The notes beneath the pieces were generated by a model. The model did not search any database and was not told the origin of the DNA. It was given only the letters and a program-made list of their open reading frames with translations. From Leptospira sp. (GTDB lineage: Bacteria > Spirochaetota > Leptospiria > Leptospirales > Leptospiraceae): a stretch of DNA of 64,000 nt. This document shows positions 30,821-42,675 of the stretch, one piece after another (the first letter of the stretch is position 1; the number at the start of each line of letters is the position of its first letter). The stretch covers positions 1 through 64,000 of the forward strand of contig JAWXAQ010000029.1 in assembly GCA_034439575.1 (NCBI GenBank). The letters run 5' to 3'. The position numbers were made by a program, and so were the translations under genes.

Positions 30821-31281
30821 TCGATTTTTTAATTAAAAAAAAGGGTCTACGAGTTCGGGTCGCTGCCATCATAAAAAATCCCAAAGGGAAAGTTTTACTT
30901 GTCCAACAAAAGAAAAATGGCAGTGGTTATTGGTTGTTACCTGGCGGCGGAATCGAATTTGGTGAATCTGCTGAAGAAGCCCTCAAACGAGAGTTAAAGG
31001 AAGAACTCGATTTAGATGTGACAAAAACTCAGTTTTTACTTTTAAATGAATCCATCGATCCAAATAAAAAAAGACATTTGATTCAGTTAGTTTTTTCTGC
31101 CAAAGTAAAGGATCTTGTTCCCAAATTGAATGCGAAAGAAGAAGCCATTTCTGGATTCGGGTATTTTACCGAGTCTGAAATTCAAAAAATGGATTTGAGA
31201 CCTGACATCAAAGAATACTTTAAAATGAAGAGTCGTACACCAGGTACATATCTACCGAGCAAATGGGTGGTTGAGTCATGA
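30817..31281 (+). CDS. NUDIX hydrolase
   Basis: Nudix box GGGIEFGESAEEALKRELKEE. Confidence 0.9.
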   Translation: MIDFLIKKKGLRVRVAAIIKNPKGKVLLVQQKKNGSGYWLLPGGGIEFGESAEEALKRELKEELDLDVTKTQFLLLNESIDPNKKRHLIQLVFSAKVKDLVPKLNAKEEAISGFGYFTESEIQKMDLRPDIKEYFKMKSRTPGTYLPSKWVVES

Positions 31282-32381
31282 TGTTACAATCACGAACCGT
31301 GAATGGAGAAGGCTTCGCCTATCCTGTAGAACTTCATTCTGACCTAAGCGGATTAAAAGACAAAATCGAGTCATTGCCAAATGTGTCACAGATTTTTGTG
31401 ATCACAAACAGGCAAATCGCAGGGATTTATGATAAATATCTACAACAAGAATTGCTCTCACTTAAAAAACCATTCCATGTAATTTTTGTTAAACCAGGCG
31501 AAAAAAATAAACACATTGATAGAGTCAAAAAAGTTTATCATGAATTAGTCAAATTGGATGCTGATAGGAAATCATTAGTAGTAGCGTTTGGTGGTGGGGT
31601 GATAGGCGATTTTGCTGGATTTATATCGGCCACTTACCAACGAGGCATTCGATTTGTGCAAGTGCCGACCACCTTACTCGCATGTGTTGACTCATCTGTC
31701 GGTGGTAAAGTTGCAGTCAATCTAGATCTTGGTAAAAATATGATCGGGGCTTTTCACCAACCAGAGTTCGTTTTCGCGCCACTTTTTTCACTGAGTACTT
31801 TGCCCTTTAAAGAGTGGAGTTGTGGTATCGCCGAAGTCGTAAAACACGCGTTTCTGGATGGTGGGAAATTTTTGGAGCGAATAGAAAATGTAAAACGCTC
31901 AGATATTACAGCAGAATCTGAAATATTAAGATACTGCATTGATGAATCTGTCAGATTTAAATCTCATATTGTCTCGCAAGATGAGAGAGAAGGTGGCCTT
32001 AGGGCCATTTTAAACTTAGGTCATACGACAGGTCATGCCATCGAGTCACTTACAAAGTATAATCGTTATTCTCATGGCGAGGCAGTTTCCATGGGAATCA
32101 TGACCGCACTTTTACTTTCACAAAGGATATTAAATTTTTCAGATAAAAATATAGCACGCGCTATACGAATCATGAAGGCTTTACAATTGCCATTAAATAT
32201 TCAAGAAAAGGCAAACGAAATATTGTCTCATATGGATCATGATAAGAAAAAAGATGGTAAGGATTTAAAATTTGTTCTATTGGAAGATTTTGGAAAACCA
32301 AAGTATGGGGTGACTGTATCTCGGGATATCATTCTTGAAACTTTAAAATTTCAAAAAGGATGGGAAGAACTTGGGCGATAA
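31278..32381 (+). CDS. aroB: 3-dehydroquinate synthase
   Basis: GGGVIGD, PTTLLACVDSSVGGK, LNLGHTTGHAIE, HGEAVS. Confidence 0.96.
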   Translation: MMLQSRTVNGEGFAYPVELHSDLSGLKDKIESLPNVSQIFVITNRQIAGIYDKYLQQELLSLKKPFHVIFVKPGEKNKHIDRVKKVYHELVKLDADRKSLVVAFGGGVIGDFAGFISATYQRGIRFVQVPTTLLACVDSSVGGKVAVNLDLGKNMIGAFHQPEFVFAPLFSLSTLPFKEWSCGIAEVVKHAFLDGGKFLERIENVKRSDITAESEILRYCIDESVRFKSHIVSQDEREGGLRAILNLGHTTGHAIESLTKYNRYSHGEAVSMGIMTALLLSQRILNFSDKNIARAIRIMKALQLPLNIQEKANEILSHMDHDKKKDGKDLKFVLLEDFGKPKYGVTVSRDIILETLKFQKGWEELGR

Positions 32382-33270
32382 CCTTAAAGAATTTTATTTT
32401 GACCTAAATCCTTTTTCAATATTACGACATAGTGATAGGGACTTCGCTCAAACATTTATTCTATTTTTGTATTTGGTTGCCTTTGCCATAGTAACGTATA
32501 AGGTAACTATGTTTTTAGTTGAAAAACTAAAACCTGCAACAGATCCCGCTAACGAATACAACAGAAGGAAAGTAATTCGCGCTGGATTTTTGATTTCTTA
32601 TACTATCATTTACCTACCAGTTATATTTTCTAGTTTGTCACTACTTCCGACTGTTCTGGGTTTGGCGGGAGCTGGTATCGTTATTTCATTGAAAGAAGTT
32701 TGGCTCAATATGGTCGGTTGGTTTATGATCATGGGTGGGAATGGATTTCAAGTTGGCGATCGTATCGAAATGGACAATATCAAGGGAGATGTTGTCAATA
32801 TTGGTTTTTTAAAATTTACCCTTCTTGAAGTATCTTCTGATCCAAGAGCAGAACAATCCACAAATCGATTGATTCACTTTCCGAATTACAATATAGTATT
32901 GCATAAATTTTTTATCGTTTCTGATGCTATGGATTTTGTTTGGGATGAATTTAAAATTTCTCTCACAGTAGATTCGGACTGGGAAAAAGCGGAACTTATC
33001 TGCAATCAAATTTTGAATGAAGAACTTGTGCTTGCTCCAGAGTTAGTCGAAGAAAAAATCAGGGAACTTTCAAAGAATTATCTTGTTAGGTTGGGGAAAA
33101 GTACACCTATCGTTTATACTTCTTTGGAAGAAGGATTCATTCTTTTGTCACTCCGGTATTTGACCCCTATCAGATCAAAAAGATTAAATCGAATTTTAAT
33201 CTCGAAAGAAGTATTAAGAAAGTTTAAAAGTGAATCAGATATCCACCTAATACAAGTGAGAAGGTCGTAA
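32371..33270 (+). CDS. Small-conductance mechanosensitive channel family protein
   Basis: TM helices ending GLAGAGIVISLKE, then FQVGDRIE..GDV. Confidence 0.85.
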   Translation: MGDNLKEFYFDLNPFSILRHSDRDFAQTFILFLYLVAFAIVTYKVTMFLVEKLKPATDPANEYNRRKVIRAGFLISYTIIYLPVIFSSLSLLPTVLGLAGAGIVISLKEVWLNMVGWFMIMGGNGFQVGDRIEMDNIKGDVVNIGFLKFTLLEVSSDPRAEQSTNRLIHFPNYNIVLHKFFIVSDAMDFVWDEFKISLTVDSDWEKAELICNQILNEELVLAPELVEEKIRELSKNYLVRLGKSTPIVYTSLEEGFILLSLRYLTPIRSKRLNRILISKEVLRKFKSESDIHLIQVRRS

Positions 33271-33276
33271 AATCAA

Positions 33277-33975
33277 ATGAATATTTATAAAATGGCACTT
33301 ATTGTTTTTTCTGTAAGTTTTTTATCTTTATGCAAAGGAAATACAGGCAGACCAGAAGGAATTCCCGAAAAAGCTACTTACAATCGAAAACTGAACATAT
33401 ATGTCCTTAATGAAGGTGGATATGAATATGGCTGGTTCGAAAATGGAAATCTAATTAGCAAAACCCAAGTTAATGCATTCGGAATTTCTGATGGTATTGC
33501 CGAAAGATTTGAATACAAAACAGGCATTCCTATTGCGATCGGGCAATATAAAATGTCAGAGAAATCTGGAAATTGGCAATGGAAGTATTCAGATGGTAAA
33601 CCTTATTTTGAAATGAATTTTTCTCCTGGGGTTAGAAAACGTAAATTTTGGTACCCAACTTTAGAATGGGGAAATGAAAATGGAGCCTACCTACGCTATT
33701 TTTCAAATGGAAGAGTGAGTGAAAAAGGAAACTATGATGGTGGGAATAAATCAGGTGATTGGGTAAGATACTATCCAGATACTAAAATTGAGTCTAAAGG
33801 AAGTTATGTGGAAGATCACAAAACGGGCGATTGGTTTTATTATTACCCTGATGGTCGCAAAGAAGCCGTTGAAAATTATTCTGAGACTGGTGAACTAATT
33901 AAACGAATTACCTTTTATCCAAATGGTTCCGTTTGGTGTGAAACCAAAAAGAACCAAGATACGATTTGTTTTTAA
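33277..33975 (+). CDS. MORN-variant repeat (YwqK-like) putative lipoprotein
   Basis: Lipobox-like FLSLC and repeats G.W..YYPDG / E.G.Y..G.K.G.W. Confidence 0.75.
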   Translation: MNIYKMALIVFSVSFLSLCKGNTGRPEGIPEKATYNRKLNIYVLNEGGYEYGWFENGNLISKTQVNAFGISDGIAERFEYKTGIPIAIGQYKMSEKSGNWQWKYSDGKPYFEMNFSPGVRKRKFWYPTLEWGNENGAYLRYFSNGRVSEKGNYDGGNKSGDWVRYYPDTKIESKGSYVEDHKTGDWFYYYPDGRKEAVENYSETGELIKRITFYPNGSVWCETKKNQDTICF

Positions 33976-33979
33976 AAAA

Positions 33980-34999
33980 TTAAAACTCAGTGCCTTTCTG
34001 AAATAGGCCAGTATTTGCTTGGATCATATCAATATTTAAAATCAAAATACTAAAGAGAAAGGTTACAAAAAACACGATGAGAATCGTTGCAAAAATACCC
34101 AAAAATCCATTTCTCAAAAACCTGAATTGAAGGTATGCCATACTAACTAGCGTATTTTGAAGTTTTGTAAGTGTCTTTTCACCACCCACTTTTCCATAAT
34201 TGTAAATATAGAAACCCGATAATAGTGCCAATAGTGAAAAAATAAAAACAGTAAACTCTGTTACATAATGTTTTTGTAAAAGAAACAATGGAATGTAAAC
34301 AAAATTGCCTATTAAAAAACCAACGGCAATTATAATCATAAAGTGGAAAAAAAGTTTTAAATAAGATCCGCTTGCGTTTTGTTCTGGTGCGCGACCTTCT
34401 TCTTCCAACGAGGATGAGTGCCTTAGTGCTTCAAAATTTGAATGTTCACTTTTACTTTTTTCGACGCGAATGATAGCGAAGATGGTTAGTAGGAATGTTC
34501 CAAGAAAAAATATCAAACCCAAAATCCCTGTTATTTTTTCATCAGGAATAATTCGTATATGAATCAGTGTTTGTTGCAAAGACCAAAATATACCGAGCCA
34601 TAACATAATTCTATTGAGTGAAAGGTAAAACCACGCTTTAAATAAATAGGAAACAAAGGCGGAAAAACAAAGTGCCATATAGAAACAGATGATAAAAAAT
34701 AAAATCCTTTGGCCAATAAGTATACGTTTGATTTTATCTATTGATTCTTCTGGAACTGTATCTATGGGAACATCTTCTTTTGTTAGTTCATCAGCTAAAA
34801 ATGAAAGGTAATCGATACGAAACCAGATTCCTTTTCTGATTTCAACCTTTGGTCTCATTTCATTGGCTGAATCAATGGTTTCATTTTCGGACAAAGAGAT
34901 CGGTTCAGGCATCACCACTTCGTAATCTATAAGTAAAGAGTGAAGTGCGACGATAAACAATAGAAAAGGAACGATGGTTGGAATTAGTTTTTTAATCAT
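33980..34999 (-). CDS. Multi-pass membrane protein of unknown function
   Basis: 339 aa ORF with about 7 hydrophobic segments. Confidence 0.7.
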   Translation of the reverse strand: MIKKLIPTIVPFLLFIVALHSLLIDYEVVMPEPISLSENETIDSANEMRPKVEIRKGIWFRIDYLSFLADELTKEDVPIDTVPEESIDKIKRILIGQRILFFIICFYMALCFSAFVSYLFKAWFYLSLNRIMLWLGIFWSLQQTLIHIRIIPDEKITGILGLIFFLGTFLLTIFAIIRVEKSKSEHSNFEALRHSSSLEEEGRAPEQNASGSYLKLFFHFMIIIAVGFLIGNFVYIPLFLLQKHYVTEFTVFIFSLLALLSGFYIYNYGKVGGEKTLTKLQNTLVSMAYLQFRFLRNGFLGIFATILIVFFVTFLFSILILNIDMIQANTGLFQKGTEF

Positions 35000-35002
35000 A
35001 TT

Positions 35003-35986
35003 TTAAACAAAAAAGAAAATGGCAAAAAGTCCAAATGCGACTAGTCCCAAAATTAAAATAAAAGGCATAATGTGAGATACGTCACCTGCATCTTTTTTCA
35101 CAGGTGCTTGGGCTTTCACTTTTTCTGTAGCAGAGGCAACAGAAGTTAAAACAGGCACATTGCCCGCGCTTGAATCAAAAGTTTTAATTTTTACTGAATT
35201 TTCTTCTTCAATGATTTTTCCGTAAACTTGTTCATTAATTTTAATCACAACTTCCGAAATATTTTTGGTATTTGAGATATTTACAATTTTTGCTGGGATT
35301 TGTTTTATTATGCCTTCTTCATTCTTTAATTCAAGTGAGGTGATTAAACTGTCTGTGACAGGATCACCAGGCATTGGACGAATAAAAACTGTATCCCCAG
35401 GTTTAAGCTCTGTTAGCGGGGTTCCATTGACTGGAGAAAGTTGGAATCGGAACTGTATCAATTGTTTGTCGACTGGCACAGTAAAGCTGGAACTTGTCGG
35501 GACATTTAATTGTGCAGCGGCTTCTTTACGAGCTAAGTCTTCTTCATCTATCGTAGTTTTTGTGATGTCGTTACGACCTATCACTTCATAATGAATTTCA
35601 ATTGTGGGATTTGATTTTCCAGCAACACGACTATGAAGTTGTGAAAAAATAAAATCCAATCGATCTACCAAATTATGATCTATGTAATGTAAAATTTCTG
35701 TGAGAACACTTTCTGAGGAGAAGGCAGTTTTAATCGCTTCTTGCAAAGACTTAGAAATGTTTTTTAATTGTTCACCTTTGTAGATCACTCTTTGCACACG
35801 ATTGCAAAAGTCCTGAAAAGTGGACCTGACAGGTATCAAAACTAGAGGACTACCACTGGCAACTCCCTCATACTTCACTGACTTTATTTCGACGGGGTCA
35901 AGAATAGCGGCGTACATAGCATAAACCATATTGGTTTCGTCGCGCACTACAACTTTCAAGGAATAGTAATTTGGAGATTCGGCCAT
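35003..35986 (-). CDS. Hypothetical protein with C-terminal membrane anchor (DUF4899-like)
   Basis: LSPVNGTPLTELKPGD motif and C-terminal TM. ATG at 35986 preferred over the ORF start at 36031. Confidence 0.6.
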   Translation of the reverse strand: MAESPNYYSLKVVVRDETNMVYAMYAAILDPVEIKSVKYEGVASGSPLVLIPVRSTFQDFCNRVQRVIYKGEQLKNISKSLQEAIKTAFSSESVLTEILHYIDHNLVDRLDFIFSQLHSRVAGKSNPTIEIHYEVIGRNDITKTTIDEEDLARKEAAAQLNVPTSSSFTVPVDKQLIQFRFQLSPVNGTPLTELKPGDTVFIRPMPGDPVTDSLITSLELKNEEGIIKQIPAKIVNISNTKNISEVVIKINEQVYGKIIEEENSVKIKTFDSSAGNVPVLTSVASATEKVKAQAPVKKDAGDVSHIMPFILILGLVAFGLFAIFFFV

Positions 35987-36046
35987 AAGGTTCTTTTTTG
36001 ACAGTATCCATCTTACGAAGAAAGCTGTCAAAAAGATTAGGTTACC

Positions 36047-37399
36047 ATGGGCATCGTTGCATTAATTACTACTCGCTATATTCGCGGGTCACGCGTTTTA
36101 GGATTTTTATCTATAAAATCCCGTCTTTCTTTCATTGTGATGATGGTAGGGGTATCCCTTCTGGTTGTCGTTTTATCTATTTTCAATGGTTTTCAAAAAC
36201 AGGTCAAGGAATCACTGTGGCAGGGTGGACCTCACATAACAATAGAAAACGCATATGGGTCGGGTGCCATTAGCAATTACCAAAAGGTGATCGAGCACTT
36301 GAGAACCGATCCTAAATTAAAAGACACGATCATTTCTATCGAAGGAAATATCACAAGTCACGGTCTCATCCAAAGTAACAACAATTTTAACCCCATTATG
36401 ATTCGTGCTGTCCCTATTGAAAGTATCGAAAGACTGATCGAAAATGGTCTTCCGAACTTTCCAAGAATTCTCCAGTACAACCGAGATGAGATTCAAAATA
36501 TAAATACAAAAAAACTAGTCGTGATCGGAAAAGAAATGAGTGCCATTTATGGATATGGATTGGGCAAAGATATTACTATGGCGGTTCCTGGTGGAAGGTT
36601 CACTGTGGAACGTGGTGTTCAAGTGAATGTCCAAACTTTCCGACTAACAGGCCTATTCAAAACAGGATATTATAATTATGATTCCAAATTTGTTTTTTTA
36701 TCTTTGCCTATGGCACAAGATTTTTTTAAAATGAAAGATGCTGTAAATCAAATTGCGATCAAAGTCAATTCCCTTGATGATTTAAAAATTACAAAAACTA
36801 GAATTCTAAATCGTTTGAACGAAGATAATTGGGATGAAAAAATCCAAGGCCAATCTTCTTTCTCCGTTCGTACCATTGCAGAAGAACAGGAAAATTTTCT
36901 GGCAGCTCTTCGATTGGAAAAAACAATTATATCCATCATTGTGTTTTTGTTTATCGTTCTTGCCGCTTTAGGTATGGTTGCGACCGTTCATTCCCTTGTG
37001 CGAGCAAAACGAAAATCTATCGGGACATTGAAAGCTCTCGGTCTGTCTTCAAATGATATTTTGCTTATCTTTACATTAAATGCTATGATCGTTGGAATAT
37101 TGTCTTCGTTAGTTGGCGGTATGTGGGGAATATTTGTCGCTACCAAATTAGAAGTGATTATCAATGGATTGTCTGAGATCATCAATGCGGTAGGATCTAC
37201 CTTAAACCCGTCTGACTGGAATAATGTGGAACTTGTTCCTAAAGATATTTATTATTTTGATCACATCCCCGTTGATATTGATATTTCCTTTATTTTTATG
37301 GTCACAACGGCTGCGACCATCCTTTCCGGTCTTGCTGGTTACTTTCCTGCAAGATGGGCCGCAAATTTAAATCCAGTGGATACCATTAGAAATGACTAA
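36047..37399 (+). CDS. Lipoprotein-releasing ABC permease, LolC/E type
   Basis: [44 protein letters not shown]. Confidence 0.88.
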   Translation: MGIVALITTRYIRGSRVLGFLSIKSRLSFIVMMVGVSLLVVVLSIFNGFQKQVKESLWQGGPHITIENAYGSGAISNYQKVIEHLRTDPKLKDTIISIEGNITSHGLIQSNNNFNPIMIRAVPIESIERLIENGLPNFPRILQYNRDEIQNINTKKLVVIGKEMSAIYGYGLGKDITMAVPGGRFTVERGVQVNVQTFRLTGLFKTGYYNYDSKFVFLSLPMAQDFFKMKDAVNQIAIKVNSLDDLKITKTRILNRLNEDNWDEKIQGQSSFSVRTIAEEQENFLAALRLEKTIISIIVFLFIVLAALGMVATVHSLVRAKRKSIGTLKALGLSSNDILLIFTLNAMIVGILSSLVGGMWGIFVATKLEVIINGLSEIINAVGSTLNPSDWNNVELVPKDIYYFDHIPVDIDISFIFMVTTAATILSGLAGYFPARWAANLNPVDTIRND

Positions 37400-38090
37400 T
37401 ATTGTTACCGATGCAACCGTTTCCGTTCGAGGCTTACAAAAGTACTACCAAGTTGTAGACCAAAAATACCATATCTTATCGGGCATGGATTTTGAAGTAA
37501 AAACAGGGGAAATCGTCTCTGTGGAAGGTGCTTCTGGTGTTGGTAAATCCACACTTTTGAATATCCTTGGAGCTATGGATTCCTTTGATGAAGGGGATGT
37601 GGATGTTTGTGGTGTATCCTTAAAAAATCTGAATGAAAGGCAAAGAGAACTTTTTCGTGCAGAAAAAATATCTTTCATTTTTCAACAGCACTTGTTATTA
37701 CCAGATTTTACTGCGATCGAAAATGTAATGATGCCTCTTCTTATCTCCAAGGTAAATCAAAAAGAGGCCAAACAAAGAGCTTTGGACATTTTATCGCTTG
37801 TTGGACTAAAAGATAGAACAGAAAGTTTTCCTTCACAATTATCTGGTGGCGAAAGTGCAAGGGTGGGCGTAGCACGTGCATTAGTTGGACGTAAACAATT
37901 GATTTTGGCGGATGAGCCAACTGGAAATTTGGATAGAGACAATTCCAGACATCTTATGGATTTAATCAAAGAGTTACAAAGAGAATTTCAATTTTCATTG
38001 ATTCTTGTCACTCACGATATGGAGCTCGCATCCATGGCACATAAACGAAATAGAATTGAATCTGGCAAACTTTCACCAATAATGAGTTAA
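37392..38090 (+). CDS. lolD: Lipoprotein-releasing ABC ATP-binding protein
   Basis: [34 protein letters not shown]. Confidence 0.85.
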   Translation: MTNIVTDATVSVRGLQKYYQVVDQKYHILSGMDFEVKTGEIVSVEGASGVGKSTLLNILGAMDSFDEGDVDVCGVSLKNLNERQRELFRAEKISFIFQQHLLLPDFTAIENVMMPLLISKVNQKEAKQRALDILSLVGLKDRTESFPSQLSGGESARVGVARALVGRKQLILADEPTGNLDRDNSRHLMDLIKELQREFQFSLILVTHDMELASMAHKRNRIESGKLSPIMS

Positions 38091-38095
38091 GTGGT

Positions 38096-38851
38096 ATGGA
38101 TTTTTGCCCTCTTTGTGGGCTAAGCTATGAATTTTTTTTAAGCACGGGCAAATTTGGCTGTAGAAGTTGCCCGCATATATTTCTGCCAAAACAAATTCGG
38201 AGAGCAAAGTTTCTTCCGATCGCAAAATTCGAATTGGAAAAATTAACAAATGTTAAAGAGTTTCCACATCCCAATTGGACAGGAATTCGTTATCGATTGC
38301 GTATTGCCAGATGTTTACGCAAAGGATTTTTTCCGTATTATGCGCGTTATGAGGATGAAATCTTAAATCTGCTAGAAAAAGCCAAACTCATCCAATTGCA
38401 CCAAGTTAAAAAGAAAGATTCGAATACTTCCCAAGGTTTGCATTTCTATTTTGGAGACGAGGATCATTTACGTTTTGAAATTGTGGGCGAAAAATCAGAA
38501 TTTCAAAGTATGTTTTCCGATACGTATCATGATTGTAAAAGATTTCTATACCAAACAAACCTTTGGGCCTATGAAACTCCTATAGGTTTCATTAATTCTT
38601 GTCCTACAAATTGTGGCCGAGGAGATAGAATGAGTGTCCAAGCAAAAATCGAATCAAAATATGTGCCTGAATTAGTAAATTATCTGGAACCACTTATGGG
38701 ATTTGGTATAGAATTTTCCCCCCAGGTCGATGTACACAGTAGAGAAAAGTTAGAAACAAATCGAGTTTTGGTTCAGATATCGTGTAAAAACGCATTTCCT
38801 AGCCAAAAACTACGTTTTTTCAAAATTCTTGGTTTACTCGGACTTAGATAA
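38096..38851 (+). CDS. McsA zinc-finger / McsB (ATP:guanido phosphotransferase)-like fusion
   Basis: CPLCG...GKFGCRSC, then [24 protein letters not shown]. Lies immediately before clpC. Confidence 0.78.
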   Translation: MDFCPLCGLSYEFFLSTGKFGCRSCPHIFLPKQIRRAKFLPIAKFELEKLTNVKEFPHPNWTGIRYRLRIARCLRKGFFPYYARYEDEILNLLEKAKLIQLHQVKKKDSNTSQGLHFYFGDEDHLRFEIVGEKSEFQSMFSDTYHDCKRFLYQTNLWAYETPIGFINSCPTNCGRGDRMSVQAKIESKYVPELVNYLEPLMGFGIEFSPQVDVHSREKLETNRVLVQISCKNAFPSQKLRFFKILGLLGLR

Positions 38852-38913
38852 GTAAGTACGGTCAAAGATGGGAACGAAGACTTTCGTCTAAGTTTTATAA
38901 GGTAGGGTGCGGC

Positions 38914-41457
38914 ATGTTGGAATTCACAAAAAGAGCAAAAAGAGTCATCAACGAAATCGCGCAGGACGAAGCCAAGAGATTGGGTTCCGACTTCATTGGA
39001 CCAGAGCATATACTTCTTGGGCTTTTGCGAGAAGAGGACTCGGTTGCGATAAAGATTCTAACGAATCTAAATATTAACCTGAACGAACTCAAAAAAGAGG
39101 TCGAAAAACGCACCAGAGAAAATTCCGGGGCGTTGCTCCTTGACGTCACTCAAGGCCAAGATAAATACCAAAAAATGATCGAGGTCTCAAAAGAAGAGGC
39201 TAAACGATTAAAGCACAATTATGTCGGAACAGAACATATCCTTTTGGCACTGCTTCGGGACAATAACAACATCGCTGGGGGATCTTTATCTTCTTTCAGC
39301 GTGAATTACAACGTTATCAAATCAGAAATTTTACGATTGTTAGGGGCTCCACCTGCAAGTGCAGTTGGTGCATCCGCTGGAAGCCAACAATCTCAACAAC
39401 AATCAGCACCTCCTCCTCGTCAGGAAAAAAGCAAAACGCCAATTCTAGACGAATTCGCACGCGACTTAACACAACTCGCTCGTGAGAAAAAATTGGATCC
39501 AGTCATCGGTCGTGCGAAAGAAATCGAACGTGTGATACAGATTTTATCTAGAAAAACAAAGAATAATCCAGTGTTAGTTGGTGAGTCGGGTGTTGGTAAA
39601 ACAGCGATCGTAGAAGGCCTTGCGCAAGCAGTGGTAGAAAAATTAGTTCCTGATTTACTTTTCGACAAACGAGTGCTATCTCTCGACTTGGCGAGTTTAA
39701 TTGCTGGAACAAAATACCGTGGTGAATTTGAGGAAAGACTCAAAAAAATCATGAAAGAAATTGTTTCTTCTCAAAATATCATTATCTTTATAGATGAGCT
39801 ACATACACTCATAGGTGCAGGAGCCGCAGAAGGTGCAGTGGACGCAGCGAATATCCTTAAGCCCGCTCTTGCTCGTGGCGAATTACAATGTATAGGTGCT
39901 ACAACTAGTAACGAGTACCGTAAATACATCGAAAAGGATGCGGCACTCGAACGTCGATTCCAAATGGTAAAGGTTTTAGAACCATCTGTTGACGATGCGA
40001 TTTTGATTTTGGACGGTCTCAAAAAAGCTTACGAAGCTCACCATAAGGTGCGTTATTCGGCAAAAGCATTGGAACAAGCAGTCAAACTTTCGCACCGTTA
40101 TATCAATGATCGTTTTTTACCAGACAAAGCGATTGACATCATTGACGAAGCCGGTGCCAAAGCACGCTTAGCGAATTGCCAAAGACCAAACGAAATCAAA
40201 GAAATAGAAGAAGAAATTAAAGCTTTATCTACCAAAAAAGAAGATTTGGTTCGTGGACAAGAATACGAAAAAGCGGCAGCAGTTCGCGATGAAGTGAACC
40301 AGAAAAAAATTGCCTTAGAAGAAAAAACGAAACAGTGGCAGGAACGAATCGAAGGATTTGCGGTTTCCATTGAAGAAGAAGATATCTTATCTGTTGTTAG
40401 TTTATGGACTGGCATACCATTGAAAAAAATGGAACAAACAGAAAATGCAAAACTTCTCAATTTGGAAACAGTAATCAAGGATCGTATCGTTGGTCAAACA
40501 GAAGCCATAGAAAAAGTCGCACGTGCGGTTCGAAGATCTAGAACTGGCTTAAAAAGTGAAAAACGACCTACGGGTTCATTTATTTTTCTTGGGCCTACTG
40601 GAGTTGGGAAAACAGAACTTGCGAAAGCTCTCGCTGAACAACTATTTGGTTCTGAAGATGCGATGTTGCGAATCGATATGTCTGAGTATATGGAGCCACA
40701 TGCAGTTTCAAGATTGATTGGAGCACCTCCAGGTTACGTGGGTTACGATGATGGTGGCCAGCTAACAGAGTTCGTGCGACGTCGTCCTTACAGTTTAGTG
40801 CTTTTGGATGAGATTGAAAAGGCACATCATGATTTGTTCAATATCCTCCTTCAAATTATGGAAGAAGGAAATTTGACCGACACTAAGGGTCGCAAAGTAA
40901 ACTTCCGCGATACGATTATCATCATGACTTCCAATATTGCCGCTAAGGAAATTTCCAAAGGTGGTCGATTGGGATTTGAAGATTTTCAAGAAGAAAGAGA
41001 ACAATACAAAGCTGACCAAGCAAGAGAGCAGTTAAAGAAACATTTTAACCCAGAGTTCCTCAATCGTGTGGATGAAGTCGTGTATTTCGCTCCGCTCAAA
41101 AAAGAAGAAATCGTTCTTATTGTGGACATTATGTTAAAAGACTTTAACAAGCGTTTGACTGAGAAGAAAGTTTACGTAGATTTGAGTGGTCCTGCGAAAG
41201 AACATTTTGCAACAATCGGTTATGATCAAAATTATGGTGCAAGACCACTTCGCCGAGTATTCCAAAGAGAATTGGAAGACTATATGGCAGTCCAGTCGCT
41301 GAAAGGTGTTTATGAAAATCCTACAAAAATCGCTGTTGATTTAGTAGAAGGTAAACTCACTTTCGAAGAAAGCCCTTGGACTGATTACAAAGAACCTGTG
41401 AAAAAAGATGACGATTCTTCTTCCAGTGAAGAAAAGAAAGATTTAGCGCTCGTGTGA
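38914..41457 (+). CDS. clpC: ATP-dependent Clp protease ATPase ClpC
   Basis: Clp_N repeats, two AAA+ domains ([16 protein letters not shown]), UVR motif [14 protein letters not shown] ClpP-docking loop. Confidence 0.96.
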   Translation: MLEFTKRAKRVINEIAQDEAKRLGSDFIGPEHILLGLLREEDSVAIKILTNLNINLNELKKEVEKRTRENSGALLLDVTQGQDKYQKMIEVSKEEAKRLKHNYVGTEHILLALLRDNNNIAGGSLSSFSVNYNVIKSEILRLLGAPPASAVGASAGSQQSQQQSAPPPRQEKSKTPILDEFARDLTQLAREKKLDPVIGRAKEIERVIQILSRKTKNNPVLVGESGVGKTAIVEGLAQAVVEKLVPDLLFDKRVLSLDLASLIAGTKYRGEFEERLKKIMKEIVSSQNIIIFIDELHTLIGAGAAEGAVDAANILKPALARGELQCIGATTSNEYRKYIEKDAALERRFQMVKVLEPSVDDAILILDGLKKAYEAHHKVRYSAKALEQAVKLSHRYINDRFLPDKAIDIIDEAGAKARLANCQRPNEIKEIEEEIKALSTKKEDLVRGQEYEKAAAVRDEVNQKKIALEEKTKQWQERIEGFAVSIEEEDILSVVSLWTGIPLKKMEQTENAKLLNLETVIKDRIVGQTEAIEKVARAVRRSRTGLKSEKRPTGSFIFLGPTGVGKTELAKALAEQLFGSEDAMLRIDMSEYMEPHAVSRLIGAPPGYVGYDDGGQLTEFVRRRPYSLVLLDEIEKAHHDLFNILLQIMEEGNLTDTKGRKVNFRDTIIIMTSNIAAKEISKGGRLGFEDFQEEREQYKADQAREQLKKHFNPEFLNRVDEVVYFAPLKKEEIVLIVDIMLKDFNKRLTEKKVYVDLSGPAKEHFATIGYDQNYGARPLRRVFQRELEDYMAVQSLKGVYENPTKIAVDLVEGKLTFEESPWTDYKEPVKKDDDSSSSEEKKDLALV

Positions 41458-41461
41458 TGTA

Positions 41462-41896
41462 ATGGCAATTCTGATTCCTTTGTTGTTCCTATTTTCCTAT
41501 TTTTTTATTAGGAAAATATGGTTCCAACTTAGAAAAATCAGAACCGTCGCCTCGATAGAAAAAATCCAGATTGGGATCATTCAACCCAATCTGGTCCTTC
41601 CTGAAGTTAAAGTTCACTACAAATATTATTTCCAATCGGGTCTCTATTACGGAGTCGGCTATCTCAATGTATCTGATTTTCTCCCCGGTTTGGAATTTCA
41701 TCTGCATTTAGGACAAAACCAAATCCCTTCTTTATTTTTGGATGATCAGGAATATATCACGGAAGAACATATTGAACATTTCTTGCTTTCTCATGGGGCT
41801 AGCGTTTTCATATACATAGACCCCATCGAACCTTATCATTCTAGAATCGATCAGGTGAATTTAAACTGGGTCGGAGTCCCCTCGGATCTTATATGA
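41462..41896 (+). CDS. Membrane-anchored hypothetical protein (DUF3592-like)
   Basis: N-terminal TM, VHYKYYF..G.Y and YIDPIEPYHS pattern. Confidence 0.55.
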   Translation: MAILIPLLFLFSYFFIRKIWFQLRKIRTVASIEKIQIGIIQPNLVLPEVKVHYKYYFQSGLYYGVGYLNVSDFLPGLEFHLHLGQNQIPSLFLDDQEYITEEHIEHFLLSHGASVFIYIDPIEPYHSRIDQVNLNWVGVPSDLI

Positions 41897-42675
41897 AACT
41901 TATATCTACCCTTTTATTTTTTTATCTACTAACTACTGTTTCCCTATTTTCCCAAGAGTCAAAACCCACAGCTGGTTCGACATATTTTCAAGCTGTCGAA
42001 GAATACAAATTACGAAATTATCCTAAGTCTATCGAATTATTAAAAGCTCTTTTGGCTGAAGGAAAAGCAACATATGAAAGTTATGCGTTACTTGCGTATA
42101 ATTATGATAAGTTGAATGACTTTGAAAATGCTTATGGTTCAATTGGGGAAGCTCGGAAAAGAAAACCAGACGATGAAAACTTAGCAAGTGATACATTAGG
42201 GATACTTGCTCATTTTAAAAAATGGAAAGCGGTTATCGAACTTTGTGAAAAATTTATCCCTCAATATTCAACAAATCCTGAAATTCGTTATTTTTATGCA
42301 TTGGCTCTGGCTCAAAGAGGAGCGGACAAAACAGCACTCTCTCAAATTGAAAAGGCCAAGGCCAATCATCCAAACGATGTTCGATTCTTGGAATTAGAGG
42401 GAAAAATCTACTATGCTTTGAAAAACTATGACAAAGCGGATGTTAGCTTGCGATGGGCAACAAGTATCAATGATAAATCCGCTGGGATTTGGAACAATTT
42501 AGCTCTTGTCCAAGAAGCTATGTATTTACAAAATATTAAACTTGGAAAAAAGAAAGACGCATCTTCCTATTTAGAAGAGGCGAAATTATGCATTCAAAGA
42601 GCAGAAGAATTAAAGCCTGAAAATAATTCCATCAAGGAAAACAGCAAGCGTATCAGCGCTATCCCCTCTGCGTGA
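41893..42675 (+). CDS. Exported tetratricopeptide repeat protein
   Basis: Signal peptide and TPR helices. Confidence 0.8.
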   Translation: MKLISTLLFFYLLTTVSLFSQESKPTAGSTYFQAVEEYKLRNYPKSIELLKALLAEGKATYESYALLAYNYDKLNDFENAYGSIGEARKRKPDDENLASDTLGILAHFKKWKAVIELCEKFIPQYSTNPEIRYFYALALAQRGADKTALSQIEKAKANHPNDVRFLELEGKIYYALKNYDKADVSLRWATSINDKSAGIWNNLALVQEAMYLQNIKLGKKKDASSYLEEAKLCIQRAEELKPENNSIKENSKRISAIPSA

